A DNA stretch of 64,000 nt from Setoptus koraiensis (taxonomy: Eukaryota > Animalia > Arthropoda), in the NCBI GenBank assembly GCA_048013815.1, contig CM106585.1, positions 14,694,001 to 14,758,000 on the forward strand. The letters run 5' to 3'. The position numbers were made by a program, and so were the translations under genes. Under the pieces are notes generated by a model. It had not been told where the DNA came from, did not search any database, and worked only from the letters and a program-made list of their open reading frames with translations. Below are positions 44,169 through 58,904 of this stretch, piece by piece; position 1 is the stretch's first letter; every line of letters begins with the position of its first letter.

Positions 44169-47100
44169 AGTCGATCGATTAAATCAGCGCGTCGGTTGCC
44201 GTCGCTAGTTGGTTAGTTGGACGCTGGCGAGTTTTATCGCAGGCTGCTGCTGTGACAATTGTCGCTGAAAGATTTATATCAACACCTATCGCTGTCGCTC
44301 ATCTGCGCTCCTCACCTGTCCGCGGCGCAGTTGCCCGTGCAGTTGGCTGTGCGCGTCGAAGCTGGCCGAAGCTGGTCGAACCGGTCGAACTTCGAACCGG
44401 TCGAACTTGGAAGCTGGTCGAACCAGTGCCTGGTAACGGGCGGCTGCTGACCGGTCACTGGTGAGCGGACAGTGGCAACGAGCTCGTCAGCTGGCGCTGC
44501 TCAGGTGCGATGGTGCGCCCGATCGAATCGCTGGAGCGTCACACTGATTGGTTGTTCCTGTTGTGTGTTTAGCTTTTGTTGTTGTTGTCGTTGTCAGTTT
44601 ATTTATTTGTTTGTTGTCTGTCCCGTGATTATCTAATGCATGATTGGCCCGCGTTGCACAACACAGTTCGTTGGGCGTCGCAACGCAAACGGCAGCTCGA
44701 AATTGATTGCCGCTAATGGCAGCCTAATAACTCGCAACGACAACAGCTCCCTCTTCCAACTTCAGCCCCCATCGAGTTGCCAAAATTTATCTGCTGGCGC
44801 GACTCGCACTTTTCGACTCGCACTTTTCGACTTGCGCTTTTCGACGCAACTACGACCAGATAATGACGTGTGCATAGATTATTAATTATTGTTTCGCCAC
44901 TGCCCGCAACTAACTCTGCCGCTAAAACTGCCGCTAAAACTGCCCCTAAAACTGCCACCGGCACCAGCGCCGACAACCAATAGCAAAACAACTATTATAC
45001 AATTGTGCGCAGCGGTGAAGTAACCATTTTCAATGGTGGGTGTGGCCCCGTGGCCGGCGAGCGGAAATGGAGTGTTGACAGTTGCAGTTTTGCGACAATC
45101 GCACGTCGCAATGGCTACTGTGCACACTCTGTGCCCTATATACAATCGCTTTTCGAAGCGCAGCCTTGCGTTCGAAAGCGAGTTCGAAAGTTGCGTTCGA
45201 GAGGCGAGTTCGAGAGCGCGTTCGAGGGCGAGCGTTCGCTGACAGTCGCAAGTTGGCCAAGTCAACTGATTAACGCGCCGCGTTCGATTGTGGCGTCATT
45301 GTCTGCTGTTGTCACATTGGCCAGTGGGCGAGCCGACGGACAGATGACGATAATCATTATTATCTATGGACAGCGATCTCATCTCGCGTCACCATCTATT
45401 TGTTTGGCCTGCTCAGTTCTCATGGCCATGAAAGCGGCTTGCGGCAACAAGCGACCAGTGGCCAACGAACGAGCACGAACGACAGATTGAAATTACGAAA
45501 TTATCACATCCTCGATTCTTTTTGTCTTTCTCTCTCTCTCTCTCTCTTATCTGTGTGTGTGTGTGTGTGTTGCAATCTTCATTACGCGCCTCGCAACATT
45601 AGTCGTTTCCTTTTCATTTTGATTCATTTCGCCCATTACCATGCCCATTACGGCCGCACAACCGATGCTTGCCGGCCGACCAACCGCTCAAACTTGCTTG
45701 CCCCCGCGCCCGCGCCGCGATGACCAACGATGATGCAAACAATAATTAATTGCCCCGAAATTCAGTTGGCCGAGCGATGAGCGCAAAACGGCGAGCGGAT
45801 ATTGGATTCGTGACTCCTCCTCCCGCTTGCGTCTGGCCGCTTCGGTTCCCACTCAGCGAAGCGTCCACTCGGCCTTTCACGTGCCCGATACGTTGCTGCT
45901 CGCAGCCGATCGTGAAAGTGCACGTGCTTTCGCGATCGGCCTAGGCCCGATATCCGGCCCGTCCGATCGCTTTTGCCGGCCACGTCCGATCGTTTTTTGC
46001 CGGCCACGCCGGTCGCACCGGATTGTGTCTGTGCGGCGCTCGGGCGGCCGGTGCGCGCGGCCGGGCGTCGGGCCGGCCCGCGGCGAGCGCTCAGCGGCAG
46101 CTGGCACCAAGTCGAAATGTCAACTGACAAATTGTTGCCAGCCGAAGCTCTCTAACAAAGTAGAGGCTCGTCCAGCGATTGCGCCGGCGACGATCGCAGT
46201 TAAATTGGCTCGACGAGTTTTATTCTCGTTGCGATTTAAGTGTCGATAATGTGAGCGTTTTCCTTGCTGAGTGCACCTAATTTGCCTGCGCTCTCAACAA
46301 AATACGTTGAGCAAAAAACTCATTTGAAACGAGCGCAAGATTGCAATTAATCTGCGCCAAACCGACAAAACTTTGCACAAACTTATCTTGCGCAAAGTTG
46401 CGCCTTATCTCATGGAACAGTTGCGCCTAGTCTCATGGCAAAGCTTGCCTCGGCCCCCGTTGTCTACTTGTTGCTCGCTTGATCGTCAGCCACTTGTGTG
46501 CCACTTGGCGCGATTGTTGCTCGCGAGCGATTGTTGCTCGCGAGCGATTGTTGTTCACGAGGCGACGAGCCGTCGGCGACAACTCGCGACAATTTTTTGA
46601 CAATTTGCACTGTTCAATGTTGGCCGGTTGGCCAGTGGTCGCGTTTTGGCGGCCAGTCGGGCCAGTCGGTCCAGTCGGGCCGGCTCGCCCGAAGGCGACA
46701 TGCACAATGCGCGGACAACATATGCAAATGTGCCCATATATCGCGCTCGATCACGCTTCAATGATCGCCACACACACCAGCGGCCATTACGATTGTTTGT
46801 GGCGCTCGTTTGCGACCTGTGCAATGGCTGGGCACTGGCGCAATCTGTGCGCCGATCTGCCCTTGTCCAATCGAGCGACCTGTCACAGTCACAACATACA
46901 CAGATCACCAATTATCCGATTTCCAATTATCCGATCGCCAGCGCGCCAATCGCAATTAACGCCGCCGCGGCACTGCGACACTGGGCCAAATGACACAACA
47001 GGTGCGTGTCGCGGCGCACAGGTAATGCGCACTCTCACCTGTGCGCGGCGATTGAGATGTGAGGCGCCCGTGTGAGTCACTCACAGTGAGTCACTCACAG

Positions 47101-50100
47101 CGAGTAAACACTCACTGCCGAGGTGGCCAAATAAAGGCGACGCGTAACGCCGATTTGCATATCGGCGCACTGTCGGCGCATGTTTAGCCAGCGCTAATTG
47201 AGCCGACAAGTGCACAACAAGTGTTGCTCGCTTCACGGCGCCCGCTCGCGCTCCATTGCGCAACATGCGCCGGCGCGCTGGCTCACCTGTCGTTTGGCGT
47301 TGCCAATGCTACTCAAACATCGCTTGTAATATCGGTTTATGCGAGCACATGTTTGTGCTCGTAATACACGCTCAACAAACACGACACATGCTGTCGCATA
47401 AACGGATATTATTATCTCATTGGTTATTATCGCGGCCCCCTGGCGGCGGCTCGCTGTTGTTTGCGAGCGCACTTGTCGCAAGTTTCTCACAACACTTAAA
47501 TTGAGCCACTCTGGCAACTCCATTTGTAACTCACAACAACTGTGACAACCAGCCGAAACTGTGCCGGCCAGCCGAAACTGTGCCGGCCAGCACCAACCGC
47601 CAGATTGTTGGCACCGACAGCCGGCCAATTAGCGCCATTAATTGCATCACCGTCGCAAACAATCGCACCAGTATCGCACCACCTGTCGCCGCCCGGTGAA
47701 TTTGAAATTGCAGTTCAGCACTGATAAATTGCAATTACTGATCTGAATTTATCTGCAGACTTGAATTTATGCTGCTGCTGCTGTTGGTGTCGCAGCGATA
47801 AGCGATGCGTAATTGCTGTTAATTGGGCAGATCAGATCGGTATCGATGCATCATACACGGCGTCATATGATTTGTGTAATATTCAGATGATGCTGGCCGC
47901 CGATGAGGGCCGCGCGCACCATCGCATCGATCGCGAATCACATCCTGTTGCAAATGGCCGGGTTGGCGATCCCGCACACATAGATTAGGTGCGGGTAGTT
48001 ACCTAATTGACGATTAGCATTTGTGCTCAATTGTGATACATAAATTGTATTTCGAGGCGTTATATCGTTTGCAAGCGTGTTTGCTGTGCCTTGCGCGCGT
48101 TGCACGGGCGCAAACTGCGCCGGATTCGCCGCCAACTGCGCCAGATTTTAATAATAAAGATTAAGGCGAAAATCTGGCCAAACCGTAGCGATTATCCGGC
48201 CAATTCGAGCAACTGTGCCATCGGCCAATTGGTCGGCATACGACGAAAGTGCAGCGGGCAGCGAACAGCGCACGGCACACAGAAACAAAGAAGCGGATAT
48301 TGCGTGGCGATTCGGGCGCAGATGCTCGCCGAGCGCCAGTGACATCTATTCTTGCTGGCTCTTTTATCTTCTCGTTTCTGCTTCTTCTTCTTCTTCGATT
48401 ATCGCTGCGAAGAAGCGCCGCGAACGCAGCCAGCCTTCTCATCAGTCTAATTACGCCGCGCTTTGTTGCAAGTTATAATTTATAAAATGGCCCGATCATC
48501 ATTAGATTATAACTACCACTCTTCTGGTGTTTCAATCAATTATAGGTCAATCAGCGGCAGCACGTGTGCCGTCGCTGCGGCTTCGTGCGCAGCTCGTGCG
48601 CAGATTAGCTCGACTAGATTGATCGTTGGCGTTGTCGTCGCTGGCGCTCGGTTGTTGCCGCTCGGTTGTTGTGTCAAGCCGCGGCCGCCCGAAGCGCCGG
48701 ACAAGCCAGCCGAACAATCGGCGGTCGGTTTGGTCGCCGAGATGCACAGACGGCTGCACAGGTGAGACGCGGTGTGCACTGTGCCGACGCCCAGCGGCCC
48801 AGTGCGGACCAGAGCGAGAGCGCCACAGACCAACCAATAATAAAATATCGATTACCACGCCCATTCAATTAGCGCCAGCGTCCGAGTGATGAATTCGGCC
48901 GTTCGTTTGTCTCCCCAAGATGCAAATAGCGCTTGTGTCCAGCGCTTGTGTCCAGCGGGCCGGTGTCGATTTCGGCTGTTGGTCCGTCGCGAAATCGAAC
49001 CCGATTCTGGCGTTCGAAGGTTCGAGCGCTCAAAGAATCGAAGGCTCGCAGATTCGAACGTTCGAACGTTCGAAGGCTCGAGGATCGAGGGATGGCCGAA
49101 GCGGGCGCGCAATCGAGAGCGGCCGTCGTTGCAGTGGGCAGAGATTTGTTAGTGGCGCTGGTGTTGTTGTTGGCGTTGTTGCCGGCGCTGTTGTGCATGT
49201 GGCAAAGCCGCAATTAAAACCTAATGATCTCGTCTATCTATACTCCGGCTGGTGCAGTTGATGGCGCGTAGTGCGCAGTAATTGTTGTTACAATAATCGA
49301 CTACATTAATCGACTGCTGCATTAATGCCAGATAAACAATCACACTCACTTACAAGTTATATTTCATCATTTTATCATTTTATCATGCGATCGTTTCGTC
49401 TTTTAGAGGACTGCTATTGTGCGCGTATAGTGCGCGCAGTATTATTATATATTGTGCATTTTGTCCCTAATTCTTACACTTGATACATACAGACTGTATA
49501 ATAATACCCGATAATATACAGTGTCCCGTGTTAGAGACGCGCCCGAGTGGTCAGCTGTTGCCGGTGGCGGCCCGAGGCGATGCGCACGGGCCGCACGGGC
49601 GAGTTTTCGGTCACTCATTTTGGTCACTTTGGCCATTTGGCCATTTCGGCCATTTCACTGGCGGTCACTGGGAGCGCTGTTAGCTAACATTTGCATGCGT
49701 GCCTGGCTGGCACGTTACGAGCAAGGACGCGCACACTTTATCCCATTGCAATTGCCTACAAATTTAGCCGTAAATTTTGCCCGCGAATGCTCAATGTTCA
49801 CCTGTGCACCGGGTTGTGCAACAGGTTGCGCCACAGACATTACATGTAGACATTACTTATAGACATTAGTGTGGTGTTAGTGATGGCAACAAACGCACAC
49901 CAACAAACGAGCGCACTGGACGAGCGATAACTGACCACTGGGCCCGATTCGCAGGAAATGCAAATGAGCGTGAGCGGGCAACCTGTGCCCATATCACCGG
50001 CTCACCGGCTCTGACCGTCACCGTCTGACGACACACAAATCAATCACGTCAGCTGGCAGCTGATTGGTTGTCGAGTTCGGGCCGGTTGTCGCATGAGCCG

Positions 50101-53100
50101 GTTGCCACGACAACGGCACGTCGCAATACGCACTGCGCCGCGAATAGAATTTAATTTTAAATTTCAAACTTTAAACTGGCGCGTTTGTGTGCGTGCTCAG
50201 CGATAATCATTGTGCTCGTTCTCATGGGTTGCCCATCGTCGGTTGCCTCATGTTCACACACACACACACCTCGAGATGCTAATCAACTTGCAACGGCCAG
50301 CTCACACACACGCACACACACACTGACCACTGGCCAGTTCATTCACCTGGACCACGGACAATCGGTGCGCCAGTTCAATTGACGGGCCGGTTGCATCACC
50401 CGAGCGAGCCATTAGCGCGACAGGTTGCGAGCCCTCGCAATCGATCGCGAGCCCTGGGAGTGGAACGCGAGCGCTTGCAATGGGCGAGCGGCCGGCTCGA
50501 ACTTGGAGGGCTTCGTCGGCGGCGTCTCGAGTGGAAGCGTTCGAACGGGCACAGCGGACGAGCGAGCACGATTTGATTAATTTGCGCCGGTTGCGCCGGT
50601 TGCGTCGGTTGCGTCAGTTGCGCAGTCCGTGCGCGGCCCGCCGAGCGGCGTGCAATCGGTGAACGTGCCAGTGGCTGCCGATACTGGCCCTAATCGGCTG
50701 CGAGCGATCGGCCGTGGACAGCGGATCGGCCGCGAGCCGAGATGAGAGATTGCAAATTAAACTAATAAATAAAGCGATAGATAGATTGCGCCGAGTCGTG
50801 CCGTCCGGCCGCGCCGCCCGATCGATTCCAACCTATCCCAACGTGTGCCCGTCCGCCCCGATGTGTGCCCGTCCGCCCCGATGTGTGCCCGTCTGGCCCA
50901 ACGCTGCGGAATCGGCCCGAGCGGCACTCATCGGGCCGCAGCGCAAACTTTTGTGCCGCGGACAGTGCAGTCGAACGGCGTGTTTGAGTGTATCGACATG
51001 GTCACTCCAAATGGTAAATCGCTCTAAATGGCAAACGGTCAGCGGTGCGCACATGCCAGCGCTAGCGACAGATAGATCGAGATATTATCGACAGCACGAC
51101 ACAACAACAGTTGGCCGGTTGGTCAACCGAGTTCCGCTCGCCGGCCTCGTGCCTTCAATTTGGCTCAAATTGGCCGAATTCAACACTGATGGCACATAAA
51201 ATAAATTGCTTGCCAATCTCTCATGTCCAGTGCTGGTTGCGGCAGCGTCCAGCACTGGATCAGTCAATAAAAATAACGGACATCGATAAGATATGATTGG
51301 GCCGACAGGCAACATTGCGGCGCACACTGAGATATTGCTCGCTAACATCGTTCCATTAATTAAGTGCCCGTGCGCTGGCACACTGGCCATTATTCACATC
51401 CACATGTGAATAATCGTGATCAACAGCCGACCGGCGGCCGGCGGTCAGTTGCTAGTTGAGCGCTAGTTGCTAGTTTAGCGCTCGACAGCTCGACCCAAGT
51501 GAAGTGGAGTGAAATGGATGCGTGATCGGTGCAAATCGCCAATTGCCAATCAACCGCTGTCTATAATTATCTAATGTGAATATCGATTTTGGCAGCCAAT
51601 TAATCGAGCCTCCGCGCACCGTTTGGCCGCCGATCCGGTGCGCGCCTGTGCCGGCTTGAGTCGTGCCGCACCGAGCTGTGCCGAAATCAGAGCGGTCAGC
51701 CGAGTGACCGCTGGCGCGCGGCTTGACCGGACGCGCACGTGATCGCCGGCCGATCACGAGCCACCTCTGCAGCCGATACAGTGTTTGAGCGGATTGTTGT
51801 GCAAACACTTGCACAGTTTTTGCTTTCATAAATTTCGAGCGGGCACTTTGCACTTTGCGCCTTGCGCCGGCCGCTGCACGACGCTGCCGTTGGACGGACT
51901 GGCACCGGAAGTGCCCGCGGCCTGCGCACGATGTGCGACGTGGCGACGCGCGTGTGAGCGCGTTCAATCATGTTCGATTATTGTCAGAGGACTCTTGCCG
52001 AGAATTTCGTGTCCACTTTCATGTGTTGCTCATCGGGCTCGTCGGGCTCGTCGGACTCGTTGGGCGGGTAGCGGGACAATGGCGGGCCCGCGGCGCTCAC
52101 ACAGTTAACAGAGTGTCAATCCGTTGAGCACACACAGCTAGAGCGTTGGACGGGCACCGGCTGGAAGAGGGCGCGCCAGTGCCCATCCATTACATTGGCG
52201 GCCGCGAGTAACTAATCACTGGCGGACACTTTAATGTGTCACACAAAGCAAACTTTTTGCGATTGTTTGCGTGCACTTGTGTGTGGATTTTTGTTGTGTC
52301 GGCGGCCAGTGATTAACTGGAGCCGATACAACCAGAGCGGCCGAGTGGGCAGTGTCCGATCGGGCCGCTCGCACCGATCAAACAAACAAAGCCCCTTGAT
52401 TGATTGTTGTTTTTGCACTGGCGGCGCGGCTGGCGGCGCGGCTTGCGACGGCCCGACCAGCGCCGGCCCACGACAGCCGACGACCGACAACCAACCACCG
52501 ACAACCAACGACAACCAACGACAAGCACGGCAAACAAACAACGAGCGGCACTAAAGTATTGGCTATAATTAGTTATTACGATTAGCACAGACCATTAATT
52601 AATTAAATATTGGCCGGGCCATCTACTCACTCATTATCAATGGCCGATGCCATTGACGACGGCCGGCGCTCACTCGAACAACGCCAGCTAGAGGCGCCTT
52701 TGTCGCTTCTGACGAGCCGTGCCAACAATGGGCTCCGCGCGACGCCTACCCTCGGCGGTGCTCGCACAGTCAGTGCCGGACCGACTGATACCGCCGCTCG
52801 GCACCGTCGGGTCGACAGCGGCGCCTCGCACCGCCGCATGGTCGCAATCGGCGAGCGACCGTCGCTGGCGGTTGTTGCTCGCGGTTGTCGCTGGCCACGG
52901 TCACAGTGTGACGGCTCAACTAACAGTTTGCGGCACAACTGAGTGCGCCCGTCAACCCATTATTGATCGTTTGGCGCCAACTGCGGCGCTTCGGGTAGCT
53001 CGGGCAGCGCGAGTAGCTCGGGCTGTTCGGGCGGCGCGGCGCTGCGGGCAGTGCGGGCAGTTGACAGCGGTACTGATCGCCAGAAGCGATTGGCGAGTTC

Positions 53101-53970
53101 TCATGGCGTTGAATAGTGGGCTCCAACTGCTCAACTATCAACAATTATTCGATTGATCGGGCCGGCGCGGGGGCCGGCGCAGCGAGCCAAGAGCGGACAG
53201 CGGTGATTGGCGGACGGCGAAATCGGCAGGCACTTGGAAATGAGCCGGCATGAGTTGATGGCATGAGCGCAGCGGAGACCATTAAATGAAGCGTAACTCG
53301 CTTTGACACGATCCCCGGCGTCTCGATCGCGGTGCGATATGGGCCTGTCGTGATGAGCGCAGCATTATGTTATGGCATTTGTGCGGAGCCGGCCCGAATG
53401 GCGGCCGCGCATTTGCATTTTGCCAGCCTCCTCCTAAGAGCTTTGAACTTTGAGCTTTGTCGATACGCTCGCCGCCAAATTGACAACAAAACCGATCCGC
53501 TGGCCGGATCAGTTCGGCCGACAACGGCACCAACGAGAGCGGCACATAATCAACTTGCAGCCACCACTAATAACTAGTAGCTAATAACTAATAATAACCA
53601 ATAAAGCACCAAAGTATCTCCGCTTCCATTTGCGGGCTTCCATTCGCGGGCTTCCATTCGCGGGCTTCCACTCGCCGGCTCGCACTCGCCGGCTTGCATC
53701 TGCTGACAGCGCCAGCAGCGGCAATAAAGCGATCAAGTTGGCCGCCGAGCGTTGTCAATTTTCAGTTTCAGCAGATAAAATTGACAATTTTCCCATAGAG
53801 TTCACGCAAACACGGCCAGCTTCGATTCATTGACAGCCAACAGACAACGACGGCGGCTCTCCTTTCGCTCGTTCGTTTCATCTTGCTCGGCTCGCTCAAT
53901 CGCGATCGCTTCGTTGGTCGTCGGCTCGACGGGCAACTAATGAGCAGCTTCCATCTATATGCTGCAGCTA

Positions 53971-54048
53971 GCGAAAATGTTTTGCTGCGAAATGTTTTGC
54001 TGCGAAATGTTTTGCTGTAAAATGTTTTGTTGTAGAATATTTTGCTGA
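53971..54048. repeat. 15-bp tandem GCGAAATGTTTTGCT, about 5 degenerate copies
   Basis: Direct reading of the sequence. Confidence 0.88.
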
Positions 54049-54894
54049 AAACTAGTGCATTTCGTAGATGTGGAATATCGCGCGCCAGTGGCGCCATCTG
54101 CTCGTCCTTGACCGGCCTCCCTCTGGCGGCGGGCAGCTTCGCTGGCGGCGGCCAGCAAGTGCAGCGCGCCGCTAGAGGGAGCCCTTCGCCAAGGCGGCCG
54201 CGGCAGCTTACGCAACCACAACTTTGCCACCTAACTAACTGCCGCCAGTGCCAGTTGGCCAGCCAAGCAACCACCTGTTGCGCCGCGCTCGCTGCGGCCA
54301 GGTTGCGGGTGCCTCCGTTTATTGCTGTTGTTGTTGTTGTTGTTGTGAGCAACGTATAAAATATACATATAAAACTGGCCAACTGCTCGGCTATTTGGCC
54401 GAAATGAGGCCTAAGTGAGTGCGTGTGTGTGAACCCGTCGTGAGCTTGTTCGCGGCCGATTTGGCCGCGATTTGGCCGCGATTTGCCAAACTGCCGATCC
54501 GAGAGGGAGGCCTATCGAGCCAGTAGGCGATATAGGTGCGACTGGTGGCAGCGCAACAATCGCACCAGCGACACTCCGGCGACGACAGTCCGACGACGAC
54601 GGGCTCCAAGTGGCGCGAATCGACAACAATCGCCGCTCGGTCGGCCGCTTTCCGGTTCACTGGCGGCCGGTCACATAATCGGCGGCGCAATAACTCGCCC
54701 GCCGCCGCACGAACGCAACTGAAAACACAAGACGACTAATGACTAATCTAATTTGATCGGCGCTCGGCCATTTCGAGGCATCAGCACTCAATCGAATCGC
54801 GAGCCAGGCCGCGATTCGCGAGTCCGCGCCGCGCAATCTATGCGCTTTTTATCACATATCCACGTTACGTGGACCACGTACTCGGTCCGCGTGT

Positions 54895-55075
54895 CCACAC
54901 ATGCCGTATCCACATACCCGCGCGTCCTCATATCCCCGCATCCACATACCCGCGCATCCACATGTCCGCGTATTCGCGTATCCACATGTCCGCGTATTCG
55001 CGTATCCACATGTGAACATGTCCGCGTATTCGCGTATCCACATGTGAACATGTCCGCATATTCGCGTATCCACGC
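54895..55075. repeat. Compound 24/32-bp tandem CCACATGT(GAACATGT)CCGCGTATTCGCGTAT
   Basis: Direct reading; two 24-bp and two 32-bp units plus degenerate flanks. Confidence 0.85.
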
Positions 55076-56769
55076 ATCGCACTCGCGACGGCACGAGAGA
55101 TTTGGCTGGCCGGTTTTATTTATGTATTTTATCGCTCGCCTTTTATTGTTGTTCATTCCGAGCGGAGCGCGCATTCGCATTGGAACGGCCAATCCATTCG
55201 AGGGCTCGCTTCGCCATACATTCGCGGGCTCGACGCGCCGATCGGGCAGCAATCTTTTTCTCAGTCACTGTTGCGCAGCGAGAAAGAACGGCTCAGAAAT
55301 TGCTGGCCGAATGGCAGCCAGTGGGACACCAAGCGGACAGTTGAGCGCCGATGTGGCCGCTTTAATGGGCCGGGTCCGCGGCTCGCTAATTCACTTGACC
55401 GACGGCATCATCTGGGGGCATAAATCAGTGATTTAAATGGAGTGCATGTGGCCAGATTATTGATTAAGCCATTGCGAGCCATTTATTTGTTTATATCGGC
55501 CACTTGATCGCCACTCGCTCAACTGATTCAGCCAGCCATTCGTGTGTGTGAGTCACAAATTGCTTATAGACGATATTATCTCGGCTGCGAGCTACGGGCT
55601 GCGGGCTGCGAGCGGCCGCCGAGGGCACCATATTGCACGCCGTCGTCATAAAGCGCGCATTGCGTTTAAGCTGCCCGCTCAGCTGATCGGCGATCAATAA
55701 TCAGATCATGGTGGCAATAACTATTATAAATAGCTAATTCCGTGGCCCGCAATAAAAAGCCGCGCCGGCCAGATCGATGGCGCCCGTCGAGCGGTGGCCG
55801 CGCGGTCGCGGTTTACAACCGCTGGTGCGACGTGCTGAGACGCATAAAGCAAGGTAATTGCTTTTGCAAATAGTTGGCATTCCACTCTATTTATATCTAA
55901 ACCGATCATCGGCGGCCGGCCAATGTGCAACATGGCAAATGCGCAACATGACAAATGCGCAACATGACAATATGTGCAACATGTCACTCGATCGAGCGCG
56001 AGACGATATCCAATTGCAATTATTCATTTCGTCATCTCGTATCGTTTGCTCTGGACAGAATCGCTATCATTGCTACAATATCAATATACTAATAATATAA
56101 TAGAATTGCTGTGATAGAATGGCGCGAATCGCCGCTTGGGGCTGCTAATTGAGGCCAACCACTCCGCGCCAATGTCAGCTCACCTGTCCTGTCGAGCGTC
56201 CACTCTTGACTGTCGACTGTCGATTGTCGCTGGCTGATTGATGGCCGACCGACTGGCTGGCTGGCGACTGGCGACTGGTGGTAGGCACATAAACTCGACA
56301 GCCAGCGATGACGACATCTGATCTAATTCAATTAACTCGACAACCAATTCGTATACGTTCGTATGCGATAATTTCATGCGATTTCGGGCGATTGCATTCA
56401 CGCCGAAATATATTCTTTTCCATTTCTGTGGGCTGGCCGGCCGGCCTGCTCACAGAAATGCAATTGGCTCAGTAGCCAATTATTGCCATTAAACCATTAG
56501 CCGTCACCTAATCGCCGGCCCTCTGGCTATGCTACGCATCGGTTGCGGTTGTTGTGGTTGTTGTCGTTGTCGTTGTCGTAGGTATCATCATTAATTAGCT
56601 GGCTGGCTGGCTGCAGTGGTGTATGCCCATTTGGCATTCGTCTCACTGCGTCGTTACGATCGCTGCTGATGTCGCTGTCGCTGTTAATGTACGACTATTT
56701 TCGCTGTCGACGCTGAGAGCCGGCAGCCGACAGCCGACAGCCGAGACGAGTAGCTGGGAAAAAACTTGA

Positions 56770-56895
56770 TTTAATCTGATTTGATCCGATCCGATCCAAT
56801 CCGAACCGATCCAATCCCAACAGAGCCGAACAGAGCCGAACAGAGCCGAACAGAGCCGAACAGAGCCGAACCGAACTGATCCAATCCGATCTGAT
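56770..56895. repeat. (GATCC)-like pentamer runs flanking (CAGAGCCGAA)5 at 56821-56870
   Basis: Direct reading of the sequence. Confidence 0.9.
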
Positions 56896-58850
56896 TCAAT
56901 TCATTGCGCATTCCCTATCGGCGGCTCCCATTACTAGCGCAGGTGAGACAGGTGAGCTAGCTGCAAAGGTCATCATTGGTTCGTTTGACAGCTCACTGAT
57001 CAACGACTCTTCGCTCATTGCATGTTACGTCGTTACCTGTCGTGTACAAACAAGTCGTCTCCTGATGATTGATAAACAATCATTTCTGATTATGTAGCCA
57101 AATACTTGATTGGGGAGTCCCACACACACACACACACACACACACTTACCTGTTAGACTTACCTGTGTGTGTATATATAGATATAGACAGGTAAATCCGG
57201 TTAGATGACAGTGTGAAAAGCAGCACGATGACAGCTGTGAACCAATCAATCGACTAGATTGACTTTTGTCACAAAAAACTGCACTGCCTGCGCTTGTCGA
57301 CACAAACTGTGCCGAAACTGTGCCGGCGCGAGCACAGTCGGCGCATAAGTGGGCTCAAAAGTGGGCGCACAGTCGCACACAAAATTAGCCCTCGTTAGTG
57401 TCAGTTGAAAGGGTTACCTGTTGCCTTTGTCATGTTACCTGTCTGAATGTCGTCTGACACATTATTACACATTGGCGCCTGTAACGAGTGGCTGCAACAA
57501 GTGGCTGCGCCACAGCAGCCGCAACAACAGCCAACGATCAATTATGTATATTATTATATATTTTGTTGTGTCGCTGGCGAATAGACGGCGCCGTATTAGT
57601 CACACGGTGCCGTCTGATTCCAAGGTTGCCAAATACGACAACGACAACGACAGCGACAACGACGACGACGAGATTTTGTACGATTGCATGATCGATTCGT
57701 CCTGTGCGATCACGCCAGTTAATGAGATCCGATCACGATATTTAATCTCTTTTCAATTTGCCAGCGACAACAGCGACACACTGACTCTGGCTTGTGAGAC
57801 ACTTGACTTTGTTCGGCTCGCTGACTCACGTCGAGCGGCGCGCCGATCGCCCAAAATATCGCCAAAAAGTAAGTAACGTCTGGCTGACATCACACGATAC
57901 TAATATCGGCTTGACATGAGACAGCTATCAGACCATTAGCGTCTCGGCGGCTCGAGTGGACGAGATCGGAATGCTGACAATCGGCGGCTTGCGCAACGAT
58001 CGAAATGGGAACAAATTCTTTCGTTCACATGGCCGAATCGGCCACTGCAGCGACCAATGGCGCTACCAATGAATTCCAATCCGACAACACACATTACATA
58101 AGCATGCGCATTATTATTTATTTATCGTCTCATTTATAAATAAGATGATGATTTATACAACAACGAAAGCCACTCACTCACGTATAATCCACGCTCGCCG
58201 GCCGGCCGCCTGGCAAGCTAGTTGCCGGCGTTGTCGCTGCTCCATTGAGCCATTGACTCGAGCATTTTGCCTTCGTTGAACGGCCTTTGAATGGCCGTTC
58301 AACGACGGATTCATGGACGGGATTCATTGGCAAAAAAATGGCCGAAAATCGATGTGTGCGCTCCATCTAGATCTATAGATACGCATGTCTATAGATGCAC
58401 AGAAACTTGTTTTCGTTGCGCTCGCTCGACATTATAACTACTAATAGAGACATTAGTGCGCATTACATCGCATTGTGGCCGCACTGACCACTGGCCATCG
58501 TTGGCTGGCCATCGTTGGCTGGCCATCGTTGGGCTGGCCAGCGCCAATCAAACGATAATCTTTGGCTCGAATCTGAGCCAGAGCATGCGATCGACGCTTG
58601 TATCGGCGCTCATTCAATTGGCTCGATAGAATGCGCCGGCCAGCGAGCCAACAGAGTCGAGAGAGAGAGCAACATTACAAATTCAATTGGTACGTCGGAT
58701 GATTCATGGCTTGAGAACGTGCTTGCACAACAAGCGCTCGCTGTGAGTCTCAGTATCTATCGCATTTTCAATCAACAAACAACAAATATCAACAACAGAA
58801 AAATCACAAATTTGTCGTGATGCACACTCGCTCCGAATCGCCGATCACTA

Positions 58851-58904
58851 TTACCTGTAGCCTGTTACCTGTTACCTGTTACCTGTTACCTGCGCTGCTA
58901 CCTG
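58851..58904. repeat. (TTACCTG)n heptamer array; (CAGGTAA)n on the cut sense strand
   Basis: Four perfect tandem units at 58865-58892, one more at 58851-58857, plus variants. Confidence 0.92.
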
